From an uncultured Acidobacteriota bacterium (lineage in GTDB: Bacteria; Acidobacteriota; Terriglobia; Bryobacterales; UBA6623): DNA of 64,000 nucleotides. The position numbers were made by a program, and so were the translations under genes. Positions 39,994-50,763 of this stretch are shown here, in pieces (position 1 is the stretch's first letter; each line of letters begins with the position of its first letter). The notes under the pieces are model-generated. The model did no database searches and was not told the DNA's origin. It saw only the letters and a program-made list of their open reading frames with translations. The stretch is taken from positions 3,073 through 67,072 of the forward strand of contig CAWDWB010000008.1 of NCBI GenBank assembly GCA_963805925.1, in the 5' to 3' direction.

Positions 39994-40098
39994 CTGACGG
40001 ACTGACGCGTCTGACGGCCGTTCTGCAAACCTCTCATCCTCGGTTCGGCCCCGAGGTGTTTTGTGAAAACTGCGTCAGCGACCGTCAGCGTGTCAGCC
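39994..40098. repeat. iteron palindrome 2 (CTGACG / CGTCAG blocks)
   Basis: CTGACGGACTGACGCGTCTGACGG at 39994-40017, plus one more CTGACG at 39952. The 55-nt spacer contains the hairpin CCTCGGttcggccCCGAGG. Then CGTCAGCGACCGTCAGCGTGTCAGCC at 40073-40098. Confidence 0.6.
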
Positions 40099-40349
40099 AA
40101 TCGTCTCAGCTCCGCCAAGACCGTTTGCTTCGATCGACCTGAAAATTACGCGTGCGCGACCCGTGTTTTAGGGACATAAATACGGTCGCCGCCGAGTTCC
40201 GTTGGGTTCCGAACACCCGACGTCACATCTGCGCCTACGACAAGAGGGGCAGCGGTAATCGGGGTGGCGAGTTTGGAGAGCGGATTCGGACGCGGGCGAA
40301 GCTCCAGCCTCAAATGGACGCACCTCTCGCCGGATACGCGGCCGGGGCC

Positions 40350-40490
40350 GTCCAGGCTGTCCAAGGTGTCCAGGGTCTTCCTAACCTTTGTTGCACCTAC
40401 ACAACGAGATCAGGTCGAAGGAAACCCTGGAGACGAATAAAGGTTACGATTCGCCTGGACACCTTAGACACCTTGGACGCCTAGGACGTC
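40350..40490. repeat. iteron palindrome 3 (GTCCARGGT / ACCYTGGAC blocks)
   Basis: GTCCAGGCT GTCCAAGGT GTCCAGGGT at 40350-40376. The 76-nt spacer has inner arms TAACCTTT and AAAGGTTA. Then CTGGACACC TTAGACACC TTGGACGCC TAGGACGTC at 40455-40490. The arms are near-complementary over about 27 nt. Confidence 0.7.
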
Positions 40491-40820
40491 GGACGGGCTC
40501 CGAGTCATCGAGCCTGGGATCCAGCGCAACGAGCCGTTGATGGGAGCCTCGCGGAGGCACGCCGAAGCCTTGTTGCGGTCCGATCGCGAGGACTTGCATC
40601 GCGTCGCCTTGCCTGCGTGCTCAATCGCGCCCAATCCGTCCGGCTCGGCTGCGACTCCAGCACCGCCGAAAGCTCGACGAGACTCTTGTCCGGATGGTGA
40701 GCGATCAGCCGCCCGTTATCACCAGCTAGCGAATCGGGCGGTCGAATCGTGTCCGAATGGTCGACCGCACCATCCCGCAGAACCAGATCCTCGAGTCCCG
40801 GCGCTCAGCCCCCTGGGAAG

Positions 40821-41454
40821 TCAAGGAGTCGGCCTGAGTTCCCAGCGCCACAAGCGGAAGGCAATCCGTCGCTCTTCAGTTCCGGAAGCGTCGAGGTAGA
40901 TCGCAGTCGTCAAGAGACTGCTGTGTCCCATCCATTTCTGGATCATCATCAGCGGTATCGCTGCGGCGACAGCGGCGATGCCGAAGGAGTGACGTAGTCC
41001 CTTGGGCGTGGCGGCCGGTCCGCTGAACTTCGGCCGCCCCCATCACCTCGCACACGCGTCGCCAAGCGGTGGTGCGATGCCACGACCAGAGCTTGGACGA
41101 GGCCGTCGCGGGCGTCGCGCAATTGCAGACGGGCGAGCGTTTCGAGCAGCCCGGCCGGGACCGGGACGGCGCGGAAGACGCCCCGGCGACGCTTCTTGAG
41201 CGACTCGAAGACCAACAAGCCCGCCGCAGGATCGACTCTTTCCGGGGTGAGGGCGAGAGCTCCCGATACTCGACAGCCGGTGAAGGCGAGAACTTCGCAG
41301 AGGGCTCGAACCGGCGTATCTGTCGAACGGGCGACCTTCAGAAAGCGGTTCCGCTCATGTTCGGTGCGGTATTTGCGCTGTCCACGCAGGTCGTGGAGCT
41401 GGTCCGTCCTCTACGCTTTAGCACGTCGGCCGGCTGAACCAGTTTGGGGCGCAT
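40821..41454 (-). pseudogene. small tyrosine recombinase (phage integrase family) with frameshifts
   Basis: Reverse frames give RKYRTEHERNRFLKVA...LAFTGCRVSGALALTPERVD...LVFESLKKRRRGVFRAVPVPAGLLETL. After a frame change they give KGLRHSFGIAAVAAAIPLMMIQKWMGHSSLLTTAIYLDASG (RHR-Y type C-terminus). The ATG at complement 41452-41454 is in yet another frame. Confidence 0.65.
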
Positions 41455-41611
41455 AGGGTGCAGAGCGAGTCAGGCGGAAAGCGCTTTTTCGCACCACCTA
41501 TTCGCCGGTCCCGAGCGCTCCGTGGCCTGCGCGAAAGGCGTAAAGCGAAGCAGGTCAGGGTGTAGTCGATGCTGAAACACCGCTCCTCAACGAAGCGTTA
41601 GTTCCCAACAC

Positions 41612-42325
41612 CTACGGCGTCCGCGGTCCGAGTGACGCCGACAAAGTAGCCTCTGAAGCGGCCCCGTTTTGACTTCCAGCCGCTTCGCGGCTCTCCGCTA
41701 GTGCTAGCCGGCATGCCACCTGCAGTAGCATCCGGCGGGCCTGAGCTTCGGTGAAGCCCAGTACGCCCGTGTTCGCCAGGCGCACCTCTCGGTCGCCCCA
41801 TGTCGGCCGCATAACGCCCTTCTTGGCGTGGCTGTTCGTTCCCAGCAGAAGGTGACCGATCTCGTGGGCGATCGTGTGCCCGAGCATCACGTGCAGATCG
41901 AGACCCAAGGATCGCGCCACATCGTCGGTGCGGTCCAAGTAGACGCCAGCAATGAATCCAAAGCTGTTCTCGAGCGGGATCGAGTATCCGAACTCGATGC
42001 TCCGGCTCGTCAGCTTCTTAGCCATCTCGCGAGGGTGAATCCGAAGCTGGATCACATGCGCGCCGGCCCGTTGCGTGCAGCTCGCATCCTGGCTCGCTTC
42101 CTTCTCGGAGGTGCGACACTGCTCCCACCGGAGCTCGATGCCGGCCGTGGCCAGCACTCGCGAGGCTTCTCTGCGCGTGCGCTCCAGAGTTGTTGGTTCG
42201 ATGCCGGCGTAGTCGTAGACGCGAATGGTCAGTTGCTGGATCCGTAGAGATTGGGGCAGGCTGCCGCCGTGCATCTCAAAAGCCATCGCTCCGGCCAAGA
42301 TCAGAAAGAAAAGCTTGTGTCCCAT
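41612..42325 (-). CDS. secreted HExxH zinc-metalloprotease-like protein
   Basis: Likely start is the ATG at complement 42323-42325 (MGHKLFFLILAGAMAF signal). LGHTIAHEIGHLLLGTNSH and a later LGFTEAQARRM. Divergent from the sigma/kinase pair. Confidence 0.65.
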   Translation of the reverse strand: MGHKLFFLILAGAMAFEMHGGSLPQSLRIQQLTIRVYDYAGIEPTTLERTRREASRVLATAGIELRWEQCRTSEKEASQDASCTQRAGAHVIQLRIHPREMAKKLTSRSIEFGYSIPLENSFGFIAGVYLDRTDDVARSLGLDLHVMLGHTIAHEIGHLLLGTNSHAKKGVMRPTWGDREVRLANTGVLGFTEAQARRMLLQVACRLALAESREAAGSQNGAASEATLSASLGPRTP

Positions 42326-42415
42326 CTCGTTCCTCCGGCCACCTCGCGGGGAAGGCAGGGAAGGAACGCCAAAAAACTTTTCGTGGAGAAAACCGGGTGG
42401 CCTACAATCGTTCGC

Positions 42416-43006
42416 GTGGCGGATCCATCCACCCCGGATCCTCGGAGCGTCACGCTGGCGTTGCGCCAAGCGCGAGAAGGGGACCGTGCGGCCGAGGAAG
42501 AGCTCCTGCGGCTGACTTACCGGGAACTGCGGAGAATTGCCGGCGCCCGTATGCGTGAGGAGCGCCCCGGCCACACGCTGCAACCCACCGCATTGGTCCA
42601 CGAGGCGTACATGCGCCTAGCCGGTCAGGAGCGCGTTGAGTGGCGCGACCGGAGCCACTTCTTCGGTGTCGCTGCGCAGATGATGCGCCGCGTGCTGGTG
42701 GATTCGGCCCGCGTGCGCCTAGCCGAAAAACGCGGAGGAGGCCAACCAAAGCTCGTCCTCGAATGGCTCGAGATCGAGTCGGCGCCGGCGAAGCTCGAGG
42801 AAATCCTCGCGGTCGATCAGGCGCTCGAACGGCTGCAGCAGCTCGATCCCCAGCAGGCGAAGATCGTGGAGCTGCACTACTTCGGCGGGCTGAGTGTCAA
42901 GGACACGGCGGCGGCGCTGGGCGTCTCGGCGCGCACGGTCGACCGGGACTGGACCATGGCGCGGGCGTGGCTGCGCAAGAAGCTGGGCGGCAAGAACAGC
43001 GCATGA
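42416..43006 (+). CDS. ECF-type RNA polymerase sigma factor (kinase-associated subgroup)
   Basis: Probable GTG start at 42416, in frame with track ORF 42251..43006. ALVHEAYMRL, SHFFGVAAQMMRRVLVDSAR and LSVKDTAAALGVSARTVDRDW. Its TGA overlaps the kinase ATG (ATGA at 43003-43006). Confidence 0.85.
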   Translation: MADPSTPDPRSVTLALRQAREGDRAAEEELLRLTYRELRRIAGARMREERPGHTLQPTALVHEAYMRLAGQERVEWRDRSHFFGVAAQMMRRVLVDSARVRLAEKRGGGQPKLVLEWLEIESAPAKLEEILAVDQALERLQQLDPQQAKIVELHYFGGLSVKDTAAALGVSARTVDRDWTMARAWLRKKLGGKNSA

Positions 43007-45849
43007 GCCCGGAACGCTGGCAGCGGATCAAGAGCGTCTACGGCGAAGCCCTGGAGCGGCGGGGGGCCGAGCGGGAGGCGTTTCTGGAAGAAGCTTGCGG
43101 CGCGGATTGCGACCTTCGCGCCGAGGTCGATACGCTCCTGCGGGAGAAGGACGGTCCCGGCCTGGAGAGCCCGATTCAGGCGGCGGACTGGACCGGCCGC
43201 GAGCTCGGCCCGTTCCATCTGGTCGAGAAGATCGGCGAGGGCGGCATGGGCGCCGTCTGGAAGGCTCGGGACGCGAAGCTGGGCCGCACCGTCGCGTTGA
43301 AGTTCGTCTCCGCGCACAACTTGAGCGCCGAGATGCAGCAGCGGCTGCTGCGCGAGGCTCAAGCGTCCGCGGCGCTCGACCACCCCAACATCTGCCATGT
43401 CTACGGCATCTACGAGGAGCAGGGTGAGACGTTCATCGCGATGGCTTTCATCGACGGGCCCTCGCTCGTCGACAAGATCAAAGACCGCCCGCTACCGCTC
43501 GAGGAGGCGCTCGACAACGCGATCCAGATCGCCGAAGGCCTCCAAGAAGCGCACGAGAAAGGCATCGTCCACCGCGACATCAAGCCCCACAACGTCATGC
43601 TCACGGCAAGGGGCCAAGTCAAGATCACCGACTTCGGGCTGGCGTCGCTTGCGGACCGGAGCAAGATCACGAAGACGGGAACAACTCTGGGGACGCTGGC
43701 CTACATGGCCCCCGAGCAACTGGAAGGCGGAGACGTCGACCGGCGGGCGGACATCTGGGCGCTCGGCTGCGTGCTGTACGAGATGCTGGCCCAACATACG
43801 CCGTTCCAGGCGGAGTACGAACAGGCGGTCGCGTACGGGATTCTGAACGGGGCGCCGGAGCCGGTGACCGCGTTGCGTGCGGGCTTGCCGATTGAGGTCG
43901 ATCGCGTCATCGCGAAGGCGCTGGCGAAGGACAAAGAGGCTCGCTATCAACACGCCGACGATCTGCTGGTCGACTTGAAGGCGCTGAGCAAAGCGCACCG
44001 CGTTCGCACGCCCACTCCACCCGTCGAGCCCGCTTCCCCGTCCCGGGCGACACCTCCCCGCTGGATTCCCGCTGCGCTCGCCGCGGCGGCGCTGATCGGC
44101 GCGATGACGGTTTGGCTAGCGAAGCCAAACGCAGGCGAGACGGAGCGGGCCGTGATCCGCTTCGACGTCCCGCCGCCCGAGGGAGCCTTCATTCGCAGCT
44201 TCGAGCTGTCGCCGGACGGCCGTCATCTGGCCTTCGTGGCCCAGCACGAGGACACGGCGCGGCTCTGGCTGCGCTCGTTCGACGAGCCCGCCGCGCGGCC
44301 GATCGAAAGGGCCGACGGTGTTGATCCGCTGAGCGCACCCTTCTGGTCGCCCGACAGCCGCATGATCGGCTTCTTCGCCGCCCGGAAGCTCAAGAAGGTC
44401 GGCATCTTGGGCGAGCCCCCGGTGGAGGTGGCCGACGCCAACGCGGGGCGCGGCGGCGCCTGGAACGAGCATGGCGACATCGTTTTCCAGTCTGAGGGCG
44501 GGACGGCCCACGAGCTCACGGCGACGACGGCGGATGGCGGCGAGCCGCGACCGGCGACACCCCCTCCGGATGAGCAGTTCAGGGGCCTTACGAGATGGCC
44601 CTACTTCTTGCCGGGCGGAGAACGTTTTATCTATTCCAGCCGGCTGGGTCCACCCGGAGCCGATCTGAAGATCCGTTTGGGCTATCTGGATTCGCTCGAA
44701 TCGAAGGTGCTTACGACGCGGAAGTCGCACGCGGCGCCGGTAGCCTTCCATCACGGACTAGGCTCTTACCTGCTGCTGGTCGAGAGCGGCGTGTTGATGG
44801 CGTATCCGTTCGACGCCTCGTCGGGAATCTTGTCAAGCGACGGCATTCCTGTCGCGCGCGATGTCGGCAATGACCGGCTCATGGCGCGCGCGATGTTTTC
44901 GGCGTCTGCGACCGGAGCGCTCGCTCATTCTTCCCGGACGTTCGGAGTTGATGCGCCGCCACACAAGCTCCTGTGGCTCAACCGACAGGGCGAGCGGGGC
45001 GACGTGGTGCTCTCCGGCAACTACTACAATTCCCTCCGAATTGCTCCCGATCAGACCCGCGCGGCGCTGTGGATCTTCGACGATGGGGGCGGTCCCGAAA
45101 AGTTGATTATCGTGAACTTGCAGAGTGGATCGCAGTTTCGTCCGGCTCCCTCGCTGACCGGTGGCACAGCCGGATGGTCGCGGGACGGCACTCAACTCAT
45201 CCACGGCAATCTGGAGGCCATGTATCGAATTTCGGCCGATGCTTCGTTCGAGCCGGAAGAGATCGTCGTACCACGACCCGCCGACGTCTACGCAACCGAC
45301 TGGTCGCGCGACGGCCGCTGGCTCTTGCTTGCGGACTATTCGCAAGGCTACGACAAGTGGGATTTGCTCAGGCTTCGCCTGCCTGGAGGCGAACCGGAGC
45401 CTTACTTGGTCTCGCCGTACGACGTTCGTGACGGGCGTTTCTCGCCGGATGGGCGTTTTGTGGCCTAAGTGAGCAACGAGTCGGGGGAGGAGGAGATCTA
45501 TGTCCGTTCATTCCCCAACCCGGGTCCTGTGTCCAAGGTCTCCCTCGCCGGAGGACGACAACCGGTTTGGCGGCCGGACGGACGAGAGCTGTTCTTCTTG
45601 GCTCCGGATGGGGCGCTGATGGCAGCGGAGGTTGAGACCGGGCCGGGCGGATTTTCCTCCGACCCACCGTCGCGGCTCTTCCTTCCGTCGAGCGGCCGAA
45701 TCATCTCGTACGACGTTGCGCAGGACGGCGAGCGGATTCTCGCGTCGCTCGAGGAACCGGCTGAGCAGGAGCCGGAGCCGATCCACGTTGTCCTCAACTG
45801 GGACATCGAGCTCGACCGAATTGTGGCCCAGCGAGAGGCCGGACGGTAG
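43003..45849 (+). pseudogene. Ser/Thr protein kinase with TolB-like beta-propeller, interrupted by one in-frame TAA
   Basis: Start MSPERWQRIKSVYGEALE... (sigma-associated N-terminal region). Motifs GEGGMGAVWKA, HRDIKPHN, DFGLA and YMAPEQ, a TM segment, then SPDG-type blades. TAA at 45466-45468 (..SPDGRFVA*VSNESGEEEIYV..), with the frame continuing to 45849. Confidence 0.8.
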
Positions 45850-46371
45850 TCGAGACCTGGGAGATTCCTCGTTCCGAGAGGGCGATACGCATTCATCTAG
45901 CGTCCTCCAGAACTCACTACGAACGCCTGCCGGGTGAGAGCGGTTCTAACTTACTCACAGCATGAGGGTTAAGTTTATGCTTGACACTTGGGTGTCGTGA
46001 AATCACTATCCAACGAACGATCTGACGCCGTTCTCGCCTGAGGCCCTGTCCCGAATTCGGTCGCGCCAAAAAGCGTTGACGGACCGGCCGTTCAAGGGCC
46101 CGGCCCGACCCTCTTTTACTAGACGATAGAGCATGTTGTCGGCTATTGACCGTTGAAGTGGATGCGGCTGCTGGCACGACGGGCCGGGCAGGTAGCGCCT
46201 CTGCCCCACCTCATTCATCGAGATTTTCGCCCACGCCTTCGATTGCTGACGATAAATCGCCTTCGCGCAGAATCAGCCGCGGGCTAAACTCGAGCCTTTC
46301 AGGATGAGGGTTCCGAGAGCGAGTCCGCTGGTGTTTGGGCCTCGGGATCTTCGAGGCCGACTTAGCTTGCG

Positions 46372-47316
46372 ATGACCGCAAAACATCTCATATTCGTCGC
46401 TCTTGGCGGCTTCACCATTTACTATCTGGCGATTCTGTTCGCTGCCTACCGCCGCTCGTTCCACGATGACGACTGTAAAGATCGAAAGTTCCAGACGCGC
46501 TCGCAGGCTCATGTGGCTACGGGCTTCATCACCAACTTCTTCGACACGCTCGGCATAGGCTCCTTCGCCACCACTACATCCATCTTCAAGTTTTGGCGCA
46601 TGGTCCCCGACAAGGTGATCCCCGGCACGCTGAACGTAGGGCATACGCTGCCGGTCATCCTCCAGGCCTTTATTTATGTGTCGGTGATTGAAGTCGAAGT
46701 CACGACTCTCGCGTTGATGATCCTTGCCGCTGTGATTGGAGCCTGGTTCGGTGCAGGCGTGGTTGCGGGGCTCTCACGTCGGGCGGTGCAGATCGGCATG
46801 AGCATCGCGTTGCTTCTGGCCGCGGCCGCGATGTTGGCGGGCCAAATGAACGTCTTTCCCGTCGGCGGCGAGTCGCTACGGCTGGACGGGTGGCGATTGG
46901 CCTGCGGAATGGCCGGCAACGTTCTATTCGGTGCAGCGAGCACGCTGGGCGTCGGCTTCTATGCTCCGTGCATGATCCTTGTGAGTTTGCTTGGGATGAA
47001 TCCGGTTGCGGCCTTTCCGATCATGATGGGATCGTCAGCGTTTCTGATGCCGGTAGCTAGCGCCCGTTTCCTCCGAAGCCGCTCCCTTTCCCCCACCGTC
47101 GCCGTTGGGCTGGCCGTAGGCGGCCTGCTGGGGGTTCCCCTCGCGGCTTTCGTCGTGAAGTCGCTGCCCCTGTTCGCGATCCGTTGGCTGGTCATTGCGG
47201 TGGTGCTGTACGCCGCAGCTCTTATGCTTCGGTCGGCGTCTGAGGATGCAGGAAACGCAGATGCGACAGCCGAGCGGGTTCGCGAACCGAGACCAGGATC
47301 GCCTCCGCCGAGCTGA
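46372..47316 (+). CDS. TSUP (TauE/SafE-like) family membrane transporter
   Basis: 314 aa with multiple TM segments and duplicated Gly-rich halves (FFDTLGIGSFATTT..., GAASTLGVGFYAP...), typical of that family. Confidence 0.7.
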   Translation: MTAKHLIFVALGGFTIYYLAILFAAYRRSFHDDDCKDRKFQTRSQAHVATGFITNFFDTLGIGSFATTTSIFKFWRMVPDKVIPGTLNVGHTLPVILQAFIYVSVIEVEVTTLALMILAAVIGAWFGAGVVAGLSRRAVQIGMSIALLLAAAAMLAGQMNVFPVGGESLRLDGWRLACGMAGNVLFGAASTLGVGFYAPCMILVSLLGMNPVAAFPIMMGSSAFLMPVASARFLRSRSLSPTVAVGLAVGGLLGVPLAAFVVKSLPLFAIRWLVIAVVLYAAALMLRSASEDAGNADATAERVREPRPGSPPPS

Positions 47317-47379
47317 TGCGTCCGCCATTCGGAGCCAATGCCTCGAGAGCCCCTCTTCGCCGCGGACCTTCATCCTTCG

Positions 47380-47802
47380 GCTTGCTGATCGTGGTGCGAT
47401 CGGCGCCTGCGCTCCCCGACGAATCCGGCAATGAGCCCGTAACTGCGCACCCACAGCCGCTGAACGATCACCTGCTCTGACGCGGTCTTTTGAGAGGTAG
47501 AAAATCTCCTCCGCCGCAAACCGGTGCGAGTGGGAGTGTGGGAACTGCCTTAGGCTTTCAAGCTGCCGTTTTTTAGGAACGTAAATCGCGGATGTCCGCC
47601 GGACTTGGCGCTTCGCAGCAGACAGCCGAGGAAGATCGCGCCGATCATCAGCAGACCGCCGAGGGACCGCCAGACGCCTAAGGCGAGTCCGGCGGAGAAC
47701 AGCACGGCGGCGACGGCGCAGAACCGGTAGGGCGTCCGGAGCGGGTGGCGGTTGAGCCCGTTGCGCAGGCTGTCGCCGGGTGATGAGACGTCGTCCTGAG
47801 CC
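47380..47802. repeat. segmental duplication, copy A (3-prime part of a membrane-protein gene plus downstream DNA)
   Basis: Nearly identical by eye to 63372..63783, with scattered substitutions and one 10-nt insertion. It contains the last 85 codons of the membrane protein (47550..47802, minus strand, AQDDVSSPGD...FLKNGSLKA) and ends abruptly at the IS1380 remnant. Confidence 0.8.
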
Positions 47803-49109
47803 CGATCGTGCCGTTCCAGCAGTCGCGGAGGGCTCCCTGGCAACACCTCTCCCACCCCGACGCTCGGCAACCCGCCTACTTTGGTTGTTGCGGGCCGCTC
47901 GTTGCCCTCCCGGCAAGGTAGCGCCCAGATCCTCCCCAGCATGTCGCCAAACAGCTTTCGGTTGATGCCCCTCGGCCGGCAGGAGCCAGTAGTACCGGGC
48001 GTGCTGGACCAGCCGTCCGCCGGTCTTCATCAGCCGGTGCTGCAAGCTCGTCAGCGATCAGTTCTTGATTCGCTGCGGCAGCCCGAGCCGCCGCCAGAGG
48101 TTCCCTAGGTTGTAGGCCAGAACGGCGAGTTGTAGCCGGACCTCGTTCGCTCGGAAGCGATGGCACGACAGCCGCGTCCAGCTCGTGGCCTGCTTGCCTT
48201 CCTTGATCCACTGCTCGGCCGTGCCACGCTTGTTGTAGAAGCGCACCAGCGGTTTGAGCGAGGGCCGTCCCGGCGGCCGAAACAAGATGTCCTCGATCTC
48301 CAGCTCCAGGTTCCTGTTCGCCGGAATGCGGATGACATAGCTCACGCCGCGCTCTTCCAGCGCCTCGTAGATCTCCGGCTTGGCGAAGGCGGCGTCAGCC
48401 CGGAACGTGACGCTCTTGCCTTCGGCCTGCTGGCGCTCGATCTCCGGCAGCAACACCTCGTCCCAATCCTCGGCGCTGGAGACGTTGCCCGACCGCAACT
48501 TCGCCGCCAGACAATCGCCGAGTTGGTTGAACAGCAGCAGCGGGTGATAGCAGACCGACTCGAATGGCCGTTGTAGGCGCCGCCTTCCTGTTGGCCATGG
48601 ACGGGGCTCTCGGTCGAGTCCATGTCGAGCACGACGGGCTCGGACCGGTCGCCGGCCTCGGCTTGGCCGATCAGCTCGCGGTTGACCGCCATCAGCCCGA
48701 TCAGGTTCTCGTCGCCGGCGAGCATGCCGGTCTCGAAGCTCTGCAGTCGGGAGGTCAGCGCTGCGCCGCGATCCCAGTTCCTCTTCGAGCCGATCAGGCG
48801 AAACGTTGGGTCGGCGGAGACGCGCACGGCATCGTTGAGATCCTCGTAGCCCGCCAACCGAGAGTAGACCGACTGCCGCACCAGATCCGCCAGCGGGAAC
48901 TTGGTGTTCTCGCCTTGCCGCGTGTCGATGAGAAGCTCGTCGATGAGCTTGCCCAGACCGAGCCGCTCGTCCAGTTCACGGCCCAACAGCAGCCCGCCGT
49001 CGGAGGTGACCCGCGAGCCCTGGAAATCGACCTTCAGAAAACCGTTGAACGAGAGCTGAAACGGCTCGCGATCTTTGTCACCCACTCGGTGTCGCCCTCC
49101 GTTGCCCAT
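47803..49109 (-). pseudogene. IS1380-family transposase remnant
   Basis: Pieces in three frames: FQLSFNGFLKVDFQGSRVTSDGGLLL..., FESVCYHPLLLFNQ...FYNKRGTAEQWIKEGK...LSCHRFRANEVRLQL, and SLTSLQHRLMKTGGRLVQHARYYWLL. There are frameshifts near 48560 and 47950 and an in-frame TGA at 48058-48060 (IKN*SLTSLQ, Trp expected). The segment normally preceding FYNxRGTAEQ appears to be missing. Confidence 0.75.
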
Positions 49110-49642
49110 ACGATGCGCTCAAACCCGCATTTACAGGGGCGCCCAGAGCGCTGCGATGATTAGCAGGCGAAGGTCAAATTGGAAATCCGGGACAGAAGGC
49201 TCAATAAGAATGCGCATGGAAGCCGGGCGCGGTCCTCACCCTTACTTTCTGCTTGACTCCAACCAGCCGACTCATGGGACCCTGAAAGCCGGATCTTCGG
49301 ATTTCCGCCAGGGGCCCGCCAACACGAGACGTCCGCACCGAAAAGTGAGCCGGCTTACGCTTTCTGGACGGGTTTCTTTCCTGTCGCCGAATTCTGGAAG
49401 CGGTGCGGCTCCGATCGCCGCGGCGCTTTGAGTTCGGGCTCTCCCCGAACTCGGAATTTCCCATATGGTGCATCAAGGCCGCCTCCGGGAGGCCTTTGGT
49501 TTAGGGAGGTTATGCCTGTGGACCCTTGCGCGTAAGGGCGGCTTCAAAAAAGGCGCCGCACAGCACACCTAGTTCTTTGACCGCCTGAAGATTTTGTAAA
49601 TTAACATGTTTGAGTGAAAATGTTTTGGGACATACTTGAGGC

Positions 49643-50763
49643 ATGGGTCGCCCCGCTCTGTGTGTGAAGGTTTCCAAGAAGGATCAAACGGCGTTGAAGA
49701 GGCTTCTGGCCGGCGGAGTCGAACAGGTTCGCGTGACGCTGCGAGCGGTGGCGTTGCAAAGGCTCGGAGAAGGAATGAGCGCGCCGCAGATTGCCGCTGT
49801 GCTGCCGCTAACGCGGCAATCGGTTCGTAATCTCGCGCGGCGCTATCAGCAAGGCGGTATCGAGCGCGCACTCCACGACAAGCAGCGGCCGGGCGCAGCC
49901 AGTTTGTTTTCGGCTCAACAACGTCAACGCATCATCGCCATGGTTTGCAGCAACCCGCCCAAGGGCCTCGCCCGCTGGACAGTGCGGCTAATCGCCGAAG
50001 AAGCCGTCAAACGACGACTGGTCCCGCGGGCGGGCCGAGAAACGATTCGTGTTTTGCTCCTCAGTCACGACCTCAAGCCGTGGCGGGAAAAACATGTGGT
50101 GCGTGGCGGAGCTCAATGACTACATCGCCTGCATGGAAGACGTGCTCGAAACTTACGAGAGGCCCTACGATCCGACGCAGCCGATGATTTGTTTCGACGA
50201 GAAGCCGGTCACGCTGCATGCCGAGGTTCGCGCGCCGACGCCGGCCGAGCCGCGAGTCTCGTCGCGACAGCGAGTATGAACGCCGCGGGACGGCGAATGT
50301 CTTTTGGGCGGTCGAGCCCAAAGCCGGTCGCCATTTCACGTTCGTGACGCCGGACCGTTCGGGCGTTGAGTTTGCCAAGGCGCTGTTCGAGGTGGCGCTG
50401 GCCTATCCCGAGGCCGAGACGATTCACTTGGTGATGGACAATCTCTCGACGCACAGCCGCAAGTCGCTGACCGATCTCTGCGGCGAGGAGTTGGGCGGGG
50501 AGATTTGGGACTGCTTCACGCCGCACTATACGCCGAAGCACGGCAGTTGGCTGAACCAGGCGGAGATCGAGATTGGTCTGTTCTCGAGGCAATGTTTGGG
50601 CAAGCGACGCATCCCGGACCTGACAACACTGCGACGCGAAGCGGCTGCCTGGAACCGCCGAGTCAACAGTGAGCGGGTGAAGATCGACTGGCGCTTCGAC
50701 CGCAATACCGCCCGCCGCAAGTTCGGCTTCGAAAGACTACGTATCACGCGGTCAGAGACCTAG
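49643..50763 (+). pseudogene. IS630-family transposase with two frame changes
   Basis: HTH part (49643..50119), then ..KPWREK / MWCVAELNDYIACMEDVL.. in the +1 frame. A second shift near 50250 leads into RRDSEYERRGTANVF...MDNLSTH...WLNQAEIE (DDE part). No right-hand inverted repeat is found because the IS110-type copy abuts the stop codon. Confidence 0.75.

Noticed and set aside
39846-40490. CRISPR array interpretation of the short tandem repeats
   Set aside because: The units are 8-10 nt with 2-4-nt variable parts, the arrays occur as inverted pairs, and there are no 25-40-nt repeats, unique spacers or cas genes.
42361-42385. ECF-type promoter GGAAC...CGT upstream of sigma factor 42416
   Set aside because: The spacing between AAC and CGT is about 14 nt, shorter than the usual 16-17 nt. 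This is a single weak match with no second example upstream of the other sigma factor.
45983-46011. Sigma-70-like promoter TTGACA-N17-CACTAT
   Set aside because: The -35 match is perfect but the -10 is poor. It lies about 380 nt from the next + strand gene and inside a region with a possible minus-strand ORF, so support is insufficient.
47035-48045. 336-aa minus ORF spanning the duplication and IS1380 tail
   Set aside because: It is an Arg-rich composite frame. The recognisable IS1380 C-terminal residues and the membrane-protein residues lie in other frames of the same region.
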